DNA from: an uncultured Candidatus Bathyarchaeia archaeon
Lineage (GTDB): Archaea > Thermoproteota > Bathyarchaeia > Bathyarchaeales > Bathycorpusculaceae
Length of the DNA stretch: 64,000 nt
NCBI GenBank assembly: GCA_964591705.1
Contig: CAZQCX010000004.1
Location: 2,473 to 66,472 of the forward strand
Direction of reading: 5' to 3'
Numbering within the stretch: the first letter of the stretch is position 1; each line of letters opens with the position of its first letter. Positions 56,526-64,000 of this stretch are shown here, one piece after another. Made by a program: the position numbers and the translations under genes. The notes beneath the pieces were generated by a model that worked only from the letters and a program-made list of their open reading frames with translations, ran no database searches and had not been told where the DNA came from.

Positions 56526-57143
56526 TTAATTCTTCTCAGCCATGAGTACTCGATATCCGCTGCGTCTCGCAAGAACCACGCAGTTGCCAAAAGCCGATTG
56601 AAACAGAGAGACCAGTCTCTTGCCGCCGATTTTTGATCGAAATACCATCTGGATGCTACCTTTTGGCAGTAGTCGATCTGGTGCATTCCTGATTAAGGCT
56701 GCAACTGTTTCCAAACCTGCACTGATGGGCGGATTGGAGAGTATTACGTCGAATTGCAAACTTTCAACAGGTTCATAGAGATGTCCTAATCTGGCCTCCG
56801 CGTTGAATGCCCTGTTTCGCACGATATTCTCTCGAGTTAGGTGCACTGCTCGTGCGTTGACATCGGTCATGATGACCCTAAGTGCTGGGTTGAAGCAAGC
56901 GGAGGCTATTCCGACTGCGCCGTAGCCGCAGCCAACATCCAGAATTGTGCCTTTTTCTGGAAGCCGCATTGCCTCGACCATGAGTCTCGTTCCTTGATCC
57001 AGTCGCTTCTTCGAAAACACGCTTGAGGCAGTCACAAACTCGAAGCGGACGCCGCGAAAAGAGGTATGGATCAATCCGTATTTGGTCTTGGACTCTGGAT
57101 CTGCTGAGAAATAGTGCTCCTTATCGGGTTTTGCTTGCTTCAT
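56526..57143 (-). CDS. class I SAM-dependent methyltransferase (MTS / RsmC-RsmD-like small domain)
   Basis: ILDVGCGYGAVG (motif I), LSNPPI (NPPY-like motif IV). 4-nt overlap with cbf5. Confidence 0.75.
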   Translation of the reverse strand: MKQAKPDKEHYFSADPESKTKYGLIHTSFRGVRFEFVTASSVFSKKRLDQGTRLMVEAMRLPEKGTILDVGCGYGAVGIASACFNPALRVIMTDVNARAVHLTRENIVRNRAFNAEARLGHLYEPVESLQFDVILSNPPISAGLETVAALIRNAPDRLLPKGSIQMVFRSKIGGKRLVSLFQSAFGNCVVLARRSGYRVLMAEKN

Positions 57144-58174
57144 TCCTTACGACTGCTTCTCCAAACCTTTGGATACGTGCCTCGCGGCATCACCACTCGT
57201 TTGAGAACAGCAACAGTTCCGTGATCAATTTTCATGATCTCCTCTGTAGACGTGACGGTTTCTGCCAATGCTACCGCCTCCCCCTTGCCGGTGAAGATTG
57301 CCACAACCGAGTCTTTCACAATATCGCTCTCGAGGGACACGACTCCTGGCGCAGTAAGGTTTGCTCCGTGGCACAACGCATCAACCGCTGAGTCTCTGAC
57401 AACAATCTTTGGAAGCAGCGCCAATGCCGTTTCCATTGGCTGGATGAATTTCCGCAGTAGACCATCTTCCTTTTTCTCTTTCCATTCAGAAAACCAGTAG
57501 GCTACTTCATGCAATGTGACGAATGTGCCGCTGTCTTCTGTGAATGGACCAGCTCGTGTTCTTCGCAACTCTTGCATGTGGGCGCCGCAGCCCAAAATTT
57601 CCCCTACATCATAGCAGAGTTTTCGAATGTATGTGCCTCCTTCACACCCAACTGTGAAGAGAACATTGCGTCCGTTTATTTCGAGCAAATCTATATAGTA
57701 GATTCTTCTTGTTCTGAGTTGACGTTTGACCGAAGACCTCAGGGGGGGCCGCTGATATATCACATCTTCGAATTCCCTCAAAACAGCCCGAGTCTTGTCT
57801 TCCGGGGTATCTCCGTGAAGTCGCATAACGCAAACATATTCTTTCCCGCTGTAGAGGAGTGCTTGAACGATCTTGGTAGAGTCCCCTAGGGCTACAGGTA
57901 AGACGCCTGTCACGTTGGGATTTCTCTGGCTTTTTGTCTAAGCCTCTAGAGTCCCACCGTGACCCACGGACGAAAGGTTGAGGATCTTTTTCGTCCATGC
58001 TGCTACTTCGTGGCTCGTGGGGCCTGCGGTTTTGTCAAGATTTATGACCCCGTACCGAATGTAATCAGCAGCAGACCGATCCTGAGGTTTGCAGCCGTAG
58101 TTTAGGTCAGTAGCGTCCTCTGTTTTTACGATATGTTTTCTCGAGATATCCCAAGGCGGTGTTGTTCTTGGCAT
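57140..58174 (-). CDS. cbf5: tRNA/rRNA pseudouridine synthase Cbf5 (H/ACA RNP catalytic subunit), two exons separated by a 24-nt BHB intron
   Basis: Exon 1 is 58174..57945 (...KILNLSSVGHGGTL-GA). Exon 2 is 57920..57140 (T-CCC-AAC... PNVTGVLPVALGD...). Removing 24 nt restores GHGGTLDPNVTGVLPVALG and gives 1011 nt including the stop, i.e. 336 aa. A PUA-type C-terminal domain is present. Confidence 0.85.
57921..57944 (-). other. bulge-helix-bulge (BHB) pre-mRNA intron in cbf5
   Basis: Coding strand 57955 to 57917: GGGA CTCT AGA GGCTT AGACAAA AAGCC AGAG AAA TCCC. This is helix GGGA/TCCC, 4-bp helix CTCT/AGAG, two 3-nt bulges on opposite strands, and inner helix GGCTT/AAGCC. A 1-nt ambiguity in the cut position (57921..57944 or 57922..57945) gives the same product. 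Confidence 0.8.
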
Positions 58175-58217
58175 TCAACGCGGCTTCTCCTTCAAGGAAA
58201 ATGATGTTACTGCAAGC

Positions 58218-58493
58218 TCAGCGCAACTTGACTTTTTCCACTTCCTCAAGTTGTCCAGCAGATTCAAGAGCCGAAGCAATTTCCTCGTCAGACGCTTCTC
58301 TCGATATATCGATCTTCTCCTTCAGAGGTTGAAGATGACCTATGTTTACCCTCCTCCTCTTGACGCCTGACAATTTTCTTGGCCCAGTTACAAGCACAAA
58401 ACTCTTGTCTATAATGTCAACTATGACGCATTTCTTTCCAGTTTCGCGTCCTCTCTGTTTAATGCATATCCTGCCGATCTCTATCGCGGGCAT
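58218..58493 (-). CDS. rpl14e: 50S ribosomal protein L14e
   Basis: [29 protein letters not shown] matches the archaeal L14e N-terminus (KOW-like). Confidence 0.85.
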   Translation of the reverse strand: MPAIEIGRICIKQRGRETGKKCVIVDIIDKSFVLVTGPRKLSGVKRRRVNIGHLQPLKEKIDISREASDEEIASALESAGQLEEVEKVKLR

Positions 58494-58863
58494 TTGCTTT
58501 GTCTCCTTGATTGAATGGTAAGTAGTGAATCTTCAGCGGATATTTAAGCTTGACAATCTCCGACAGCGCCCATTCGAACTGCCCGCAGTCTATCGGATTT
58601 TTTGGGCTTTCAAGCTTTTGCAAGGGTTGAATAAGCAGTTGAGATTGTGGTAGACGCCCACGCTCCCAGAAAGTAATCAGGAACCCAGACTCGTCCAAAC
58701 TCGTTTACAGCCTTGGTTTCCTGAATTCCAGCTTGCAAACGTTTTTATATGTGTTTTCAGCTTTCCTGATTGTCACATTAACTCATGTCACTAACGAAGC
58801 TTTTTGAAAGCTGTAGAGAAAACACATGAAGAATTTTGTGGCAGGAGCATACATAACAAAATG

Positions 58864-60012
58864 GAAACACAGTCATTTAGAGACCTACCGCTAAGCATGG
58901 AAGTCTTGAAGGGCGTAGAAGAACTTGGATACGAAGAACTTTTCCCGATTCAAGCCCAAGCAATCAAACCTCTGCTCGAAGGCAAAGACGTGATAGGTCA
59001 AGCACAGACAGGAACGGGAAAAACAGCAGCCTTCGGTATCCCGATGATAGAACGCATTAGCCCTGAAGTCAAGAAAGTACAGGGCTTAGTTCTAGTACCA
59101 ACAAGAGAGCTCGCGGTTCAAGTGGCGGAAAACATTCGCCTCTTTGCCAAGTATTCAAAGATAAGAGTATTGCCTGTCTATGGTGGGGCGCCAATTGAGC
59201 GCCAAATAAGAGAGCTTTCGAGGGGCGTTCAGATCGTTGTCGGAACACCCGGTCGAGTGATTGACCTTCTGGAAAGAAACGTGCTGAATCTGGCCTCAGC
59301 TAAATTCGTGGTCTTGGACGAAGCAGACAGAATGCTAGATATGGGCTTCATTGAAGACATACACTACATTCTTTCAAGGGTGCCGACAACAAGGCAGACA
59401 AGCCTTTTCAGTGCAACAATAGACAGCACGGTGATGAATGTTTGCGACAGATACATGCGAAACCCCTCCAAAATACTAGTAAGCAAAGATGAAATCGCCC
59501 TCACGCAAATGAAACAATACTTCGTCACTGTCAATCCCCATGGCAAGTTCGAGAAGCTATGTGGGCTGATTGGTGAACACAGAATACAGCGGGCTATAAT
59601 ATTCTGCAGAACACGTCATGAAACCAGCAGATTGGCAGAACAACTCACACGAAAAGGATTTACAGCACAGGCGTTGCACGCAGGTTTCACTCAACCGCAA
59701 AGAGACCAAGTTACGAACGCGTTCCGAAATGGACGACTGAATCTGCTCGTTGCGACAGATGTAGCAGCAAGAGGGTTAGACATACAGGGAATAACGCACA
59801 TCATCAACTACGATGTGCCAGCCGATCCACCAGTTTATTTCCACCGGATAGGTCGCACTGCCCGGATGGGGGGTGATGGTACGGCGATAACACTGGTGAG
59901 CTACGGTGAACTCTCGGACTTCAACAACATAAGAGCCCTGACCAAAACGAAAATAATGGAGATCAACGCACCGGCCTTCAATGAGGACTCGCCGATTCAA
60001 AGCTTTTTCTAG
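58864..60012 (+). CDS. DEAD-box ATP-dependent RNA helicase
   Basis: Q motif FPIQAQAI, AQTGTGKT, PTRELA, DEAD, SAT, ARGLD, HRIGRTAR. Start set at ATG 58864 (METQSFRDL). The ORF is open from 58804. Confidence 0.9.
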   Translation, partial: ETQSFRDLPLSMEVLKGVEELGYEELFPIQAQAIKPLLEGKDVIGQAQTGTGKTAAFGIPMIERISPEVKKVQGLVLVPTRELAVQVAENIRLFAKYSKIRVLPVYGGAPIERQIRELSRGVQIVVGTPGRVIDLLERNVLNLASAKFVVLDEADRMLDMGFIEDIHYILSRVPTTRQTSLFSATIDSTVMNVCDRYMRNPSKILVSKDEIALTQMKQYFVTVNPHGKFEKLCGLIGEHRIQRAIIFCRTRHETSRLAEQLTRKGFTAQALHAGFTQPQRDQVTNAFRNGRLNLLVATDVAARGLDIQGITHIINYDVPADPPVYFHRIGRTARMGGDGTAITLVSYGELSDFNNIRALTKTKIMEINAPAFNEDSPIQSFF

Positions 60013-60107
60013 AATCCAGCATGTGGAAGGCGGCAAAAACGTATCTAGAGAAATGGGTTGTCACGACCTAACCATTAACCATAATAAGCCGCTACTACAA
60101 TCTTTTC

Positions 60108-60272
60108 ATGAGGTATAGACAGCAGAAGATGTTCAGAGACCCTGTCTGCGGAATGCAACTTGACGAGAACACAGCCAAGTTTAAGATAACCTATGAGGGC
60201 GAGACGTACCATTTCTGCAGCTTGGTCTGCAAGAAGAGATTCAAGAGGCATCAAGCAAAATTCGTTAAATGA
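60108..60272 (+). CDS. YHS/TRASH-type metal-binding mini-protein (54 aa), not in the ORF track
   Basis: MRYRQQKMFRDPVCGMQLDENTAKFKITYEGETYHFCSLVCKKRFKRHQAKFVK carries the YHS signature DPVCGM...Y.G..Y.FCS..C...F. ATG 60129 is an alternative start. Confidence 0.65.
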   Translation: MRYRQQKMFRDPVCGMQLDENTAKFKITYEGETYHFCSLVCKKRFKRHQAKFVK

Positions 60273-60304
60273 AAAACCCGCGTGGATACTGTTCTCACAA
60301 CGTT

Positions 60305-61057
60305 CTATTCTAGTTCTTTCCACACGAGAGTCCCTAGGACAGCGCCAATCAACGGCGCTACCCAAAATAGCCACAGTTGGGTCAAAGCAGTACCGCCAAC
60401 AAACACTGCTGGACCCAGACTCCTGGCAGGATTAACCGATGTCCCTGTTATTGGAATGCCTACTATGTGGATCAAGACGAGACTCATTCCGATGGATATG
60501 CCGGCGAAGCCTTTTGGAGCCTTTTCGCTTGTCGAGCCAAGAATCACAAGTATGAAGAGGAAGGTCAAAGCGATTTCTGCTGCAAAGGCAGATGCTAAAT
60601 CAAAACCCCCTGGGGATGCCTCGGCAAATCCGTTTTGACCCAAGCCATCCATAACCAAGGAGTAGTAGGGGTTTCCAAGGGCAACTGCGTATACCATGCC
60701 TGCCCCTGCGGTGGCGCCAGCAACTTGAGCAATAATATAGGTCGCGCTATCCCTGACAGTGATTTTTCTGCTGATCAACATGGAAACGGTCACGGCGGGG
60801 TTAATATGGCAACCCGAGATGCTGCCTATGGCATAAAATAGGACAAGCACAGAGAGACCGAAAGCGAGTGATATTCCAACAAGTGCTGTAGTAAGAGGAA
60901 TCCCCATGAGTGAAGAAAAGACCGCGCTCCCACAGCCCATGAAGACCAAAACGAATGTTCCTATGAATTCAGCAGCGTATCTCTTGCCTACAGTCGCATC
61001 AGCCATGGCGGACTTGGTGCGATGCGACTGTTTGTCTTCTTTATCCATAGCGACCAT
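60305..61057 (-). CDS. aqpM: aquaporin / MIP-family channel
   Basis: Two NPA boxes (HINPAVT, SVNPARS), six TM segments, AEFIGTFVLVF N-terminal motif. Confidence 0.9.
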   Translation of the reverse strand: MVAMDKEDKQSHRTKSAMADATVGKRYAAEFIGTFVLVFMGCGSAVFSSLMGIPLTTALVGISLAFGLSVLVLFYAIGSISGCHINPAVTVSMLISRKITVRDSATYIIAQVAGATAGAGMVYAVALGNPYYSLVMDGLGQNGFAEASPGGFDLASAFAAEIALTFLFILVILGSTSEKAPKGFAGISIGMSLVLIHIVGIPITGTSVNPARSLGPAVFVGGTALTQLWLFWVAPLIGAVLGTLVWKELE

Positions 61058-61209
61058 CTAGACAGAATTCCATGTTTTTGTTCAAACCTTATAACACTTG
61101 TTGCTGATCGCACTTCATGGCAACTTGCAGAAGACTGCAGTCTTTAGAAGGCTCACCGTGAACTCTGGGTGAGCTGGGAAGCTTAGCCTCATGAAGGGCA
61201 AGAGCTGGG

Positions 61210-62499
61210 CTAGTTCGCCTTCAGTTCTTCGCCATGGGAAATGTCCATGACTACCAAGCCTGAAACTGGCTTCGGATAGAAATCCGTGGATTTCTCAGGT
61301 ATCCGCTCGTGTTGTTGGGCGATTTCCCAGACGATTTTTGGATCTATGGGGTTCATAAGAAACGCCTGTTTGGCTTCGCCTCTGTCAACTCTAGCCACTG
61401 CGTTTCGCGTCCAACGTTCGTATATGATGTCGTCATCCAACTTTAGTTCGCCGATCTTGAGAATTTCCTTAAATATTACGTCTCGCAAAATCACCACATC
61501 GAAAAGCTTTGTCTCTTTTGGAGACTTGGAACTGACGAATTCATATACCCTGTTTTCGTGTTTCAATATCAATCCGTAGGCTTTGGCGCGGGAATAGACG
61601 CAAAATGCGTGTTTATCATGGTGACTTGCGAGATATTTCTCGAGATTTTCTGCAGTGGCATTGATCTCTGTGACTGTGAAGAAGCGTCGAAGCATTTCTA
61701 GTGTTTGATCGGTTAGCACGTGCCTTTTTAGGAGTCTGTGGGCTGGTAGAGTCAACAGTCCTTCGTCTTGTATTGGAACTAATAGGCTCATGTGAAAATT
61801 GAAGGCTGAATCTCCACTCCAATTCTTTTCTGTTTGGCGTCGTTCATCTCTGTATGTGATTGCGCTTTCATAACGGTGGTGGCCGTCTGTGATGACGAGT
61901 TTCTTTGGCTCCAAAACCTTTTGCAGCTTCTTGATCTTGGCTGGATCAGTCACTCGCCATATCGTGTGCTTGACTTCGGGAGATTCCTCAACCGAAAGTT
62001 CTGGCTTGGTCTTGGCGACTTCTTCGAAAAAGGATAGAGTCGTGTTTTCAGGATCGGAATATACTAGAAAAATTGGTTCAAGATCTTTCTCGACGTTTCG
62101 CATCATGTTCAAGCGGTCGATTTTTGGCTCTTTGTAGGTTGTTTCATGGGGAAACACGATTTCTTCTTCATAATTGTATAGGCGTAAGGCTGCGATGACC
62201 CCTGTGCGTTTGAGATGCTTGCCATCCAGGGTAAATTCCTGTCTGCAGACAAAAAATGCGGGGACATCATCCTTCGCCAAGATGCCATTGTCCAACCACT
62301 CTTGAAATCGATGCCGAGCAATCCTGTATTTGTCGTTTTCCATTGGCAGAATCAGCCGGCAGAAGTTGTAGACAGACTTGGTGTAGTAGTCTCTCTGCAA
62401 TTCAGGGTCGATTTTGTCATAGGGTTGAGTGATTAGGCTTCGTCGATCACCAGCCAACTCAGTGTAACGGATCGCCCTGAAAGGTCTTATGTCTGCCAT
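61210..62499 (-). CDS. DUF1015-family protein
   Basis: N-terminus MADIRPFRAIRY and VITDGHHRYESA are typical of DUF1015. 429 aa. Confidence 0.7.
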   Translation of the reverse strand: MADIRPFRAIRYTELAGDRRSLITQPYDKIDPELQRDYYTKSVYNFCRLILPMENDKYRIARHRFQEWLDNGILAKDDVPAFFVCRQEFTLDGKHLKRTGVIAALRLYNYEEEIVFPHETTYKEPKIDRLNMMRNVEKDLEPIFLVYSDPENTTLSFFEEVAKTKPELSVEESPEVKHTIWRVTDPAKIKKLQKVLEPKKLVITDGHHRYESAITYRDERRQTEKNWSGDSAFNFHMSLLVPIQDEGLLTLPAHRLLKRHVLTDQTLEMLRRFFTVTEINATAENLEKYLASHHDKHAFCVYSRAKAYGLILKHENRVYEFVSSKSPKETKLFDVVILRDVIFKEILKIGELKLDDDIIYERWTRNAVARVDRGEAKQAFLMNPIDPKIVWEIAQQHERIPEKSTDFYPKPVSGLVVMDISHGEELKAN

Positions 62500-62507
62500 T
62501 GCTCAGT

Positions 62508-63425
62508 TCAGCTCGGAGCCTTTTCCAATGCTTCAATAACTCTCTTGGAGATAAGCACGCTTGCCCTTGCTTGTGCCTCATGCGTCTGAGCGCCTATATG
62601 AGGTGTGGCATGCACGTTTCTCAGCTCGAGGAGCTTGCTGTCCCTTGGGGGTTCTTCTTCGAAAACGTCAAGTGCAGCAGCCTTGACCTTGCCTGATACA
62701 AGGGCTCTGTAGAGCGCTTCTTGGTCGACAACTCCGCCTCGAGAGCAGTCCAGGAGCATTACGCCCTGTTTCATCATGCCGAACTCTTTCTCCGATATCA
62801 GATGCCGAGTATGCGGTGTTAGTGGAACGTGGATTGTGACGAAGTCGGCTTGGGGCAGCATTTCTTCGAGAGTAACAAATCTATCGTAGACACACATGTC
62901 GACCGCGATTACCTTCATGCCCAAGGCTAACGCAAACCGTTCAACTGTTTTGCCTATGCTTCCGCAACCCACTATGCCGAGTGTCTTGCCGTTGATTTCG
63001 ACGCCCATGAGCTCATCCTTTGCCCATTTTCCCTCTCGAAGACTCACAGTGCCTTCAACGATGCCTCTTGCAAGAGCGATCAAATGCCCGATTGTGAGCT
63101 CGGCCACGCTGGTCGCAGCAATATGCGGCGTGTTTACGACGTCAATGCCCATCTCTGCTGCTTTTCTAACGTCGATGTTGTCTAGGCCTTCTCCTGCTCT
63201 CCCTATGACCCTTAGTTTTTTTGCTCGGGAAAGCAGGTCTGCGGTTATTTTGGTGGCTGATCTTACGATGACTGCGTCATAGTCAACGATTATGTTGGCG
63301 AGTTCAGTTTTTGGTAAGTCCCAAGCTTTCTTGATTTGTAGGCCTCTTTCTTCCATCAGTTTGATGCCGTCGTCAGATATTGGGTCGCAGACCAAGACCT
63401 TAAGTTTCACTGGGGCAGCTCCCAT
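62508..63425 (-). CDS. serA: D-3-phosphoglycerate dehydrogenase-type 2-hydroxyacid dehydrogenase (short form)
   Basis: NAD motif GIVGCGSIGKTV, catalytic region ATPHIGAQT. Start at ATG 63425, or at GTG 63410 which overlaps the upstream stop (GTGA). Confidence 0.8.
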   Translation of the reverse strand: MGAAPVKLKVLVCDPISDDGIKLMEERGLQIKKAWDLPKTELANIIVDYDAVIVRSATKITADLLSRAKKLRVIGRAGEGLDNIDVRKAAEMGIDVVNTPHIAATSVAELTIGHLIALARGIVEGTVSLREGKWAKDELMGVEINGKTLGIVGCGSIGKTVERFALALGMKVIAVDMCVYDRFVTLEEMLPQADFVTIHVPLTPHTRHLISEKEFGMMKQGVMLLDCSRGGVVDQEALYRALVSGKVKAAALDVFEEEPPRDSKLLELRNVHATPHIGAQTHEAQARASVLISKRVIEALEKAPS

Positions 63426-64000
63426 ATTTCGTCGATGGCGGCGAGAACGTCTTTGATTCCTGATAGGGTCCATATCCCCATGTGACCTATTCGGAAGGTT
63501 TTTTCGGCGAGTTTGCCGTAGCCGTTGGAAATCATATAGCCTTTTTCTGCAAGTTTCTCGTTGAGTTCACGAATGCCTTTTCCAAGAGTGTTTTTGATGC
63601 AACTAACCGTGACTGACTCGTAGCCTGGCTCTGGGAACATTGCGAAGTGTTTTTTTGCCCATTCTTGGGTGTATTCAGCCATGTCTTTGTGTCGTTGGTA
63701 GATGCCGTCGTAGGTTTCTTGCATCATTAGGTCTAGGCGTTTGTTTAGGGCGAAGAGGAGAGGGATGTTTGGCGTGTATGGTGTCTGGCGGTTCTTTTCG
63801 TAGTAATTGAAGATTTCGACAAGATCAGTGTAGCCGCCCCTGTTTGGAAGCGCTCTCGCGCGTTCCAGTGTTCTTTCGTTGACTACTCCGATTGCCAGTC
63901 CAGGAGGCAGCGCGAAGCATTTCTGGCTTGAGGTGAAAATAACGTCGCATTCAATGTCGGAGGGAATTATCTTGTCGCCGCCCATTCCGGAAACGCTATC
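63407..64000 (-). CDS. class V aminotransferase (serine-glyoxylate / phosphoserine aminotransferase-like), C-terminal part, open at the right window edge
   Basis: PLP-lysine context TSSQKCFALPPGL. The reading frame continues past nt 64000. Confidence 0.75.
   Translation of the reverse strand, partial: DSVSGMGGDKIIPSDIECDVIFTSSQKCFALPPGLAIGVVNERTLERARALPNRGGYTDLVEIFNYYEKNRQTPYTPNIPLLFALNKRLDLMMQETYDGIYQRHKDMAEYTQEWAKKHFAMFPEPGYESVTVSCIKNTLGKGIRELNEKLAEKGYMISNGYGKLAEKTFRIGHMGIWTLSGIKDVLAAIDEIWELPQ

Noticed and set aside
57938-57940. In-frame TAG in cbf5 read as pyrrolysine, as programmed readthrough, or as evidence that cbf5 is a pseudogene
   Set aside because: The TAG lies inside a 24-nt segment that forms a textbook BHB motif. 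Removing the segment restores the universal GTLDP motif in frame. Readthrough would instead insert 8 extra residues and lose the catalytic Asp. No pyl genes are visible in the window.
57642-57998. 118-aa ORF crossing the cbf5 exon junction in another frame
   Set aside because: Low-complexity Arg/Ser-rich translation, fully overlapped by the well-supported Cbf5 frame.
58459-58698. 79-aa ORF overlapping the 5' end of rpl14e
   Set aside because: It overlaps the L14e start region in another frame and no motif is present. The region more likely holds the rpl14e promoter/leader and the divergent helicase promoter.
1-64000. CRISPR arrays, transposases/IS elements, integrases, prophage genes, rRNA genes
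   Set aside because: I found no regularly spaced direct repeats, no DDE/tyrosine/serine recombinase motifs and no rRNA-like sequence when reading both strands. The only mobility trace is the tRNA-Ser-linked repeat reported above.

Overview
This is a gene-dense archaeal chromosomal segment with about 65 protein genes and 2 tRNA genes. I found no rRNA, CRISPR array, transposase or integrase. Archaeal origin is supported by family B DNA polymerase, thermosome, AglB/STT3, CDP-archaeol synthase, prefoldin beta, ribosomal protein L14e and Cbf5. The exact lineage cannot be fixed without database searches.

Gene content from left to right:
- XPD-like helicase fragment, RadB-like ATPase, carS, and a topA operon
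- N-glycosylation genes aglB and an Alg7/AglH-type GlcNAc-1-P transferase
- polB, a NOL1/NOP2/Sun RNA methyltransferase, agmatinase, two tandem moeA genes, endonuclease IV
- ECF transporter module (A1-A2-T), DHH phosphoesterase, prefoldin beta, tRNA-Glu, cbiM plus a PDGLE protein
- SGNH hydrolase plus acyltransferase-3, and thermosome
- A two-component signalling cluster: a kinase with nine PAS/PAC repeats, a receiver-PAS-kinase hybrid, and two receiver-only regulators each paired with a paralogous uncharacterised small protein
- H+/Na+ pyrophosphatase, Usp, Hsp20, a membrane-fused alpha/beta hydrolase, a PurF paralogue, glutaminyl cyclase
- Isf-like flavoprotein, hcp, HTH_10 regulator, HtrA, purA, metallophosphoesterase, Lrp
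- DUF559-like endonuclease, vapBC, intron-containing tRNA-Ser, a methyltransferase, cbf5, rpl14e, a DEAD-box helicase
- A YHS mini-ORF, aquaporin, and a DUF1015-serA-aminotransferase operon

Most notable observations:
1. cbf5 is interrupted by a 24-nt bulge-helix-bulge intron inside the catalytic GTLDP motif. It carries an in-frame TAG, and the catalytic Asp codon only exists after splicing.
2. A duplicated cassette pairs a receiver-only response regulator with a roughly 110-130 aa helical protein of unknown family. It sits next to two PAS-rich kinases and is a candidate new signalling output module.
3. A small 3-TM protein resembling eukaryotic OSTC/DC2 (Ost3/6 family) lies close to aglB.
4. 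A PurF paralogue has lost the N-terminal Cys nucleophile but keeps the Fe-S ligands and the PRPP motif.
5. A vapBC cassette is bracketed by the tRNA-Ser 3' end and a 15/17 direct repeat.

All family assignments come from motif recognition by eye. No searches were run.
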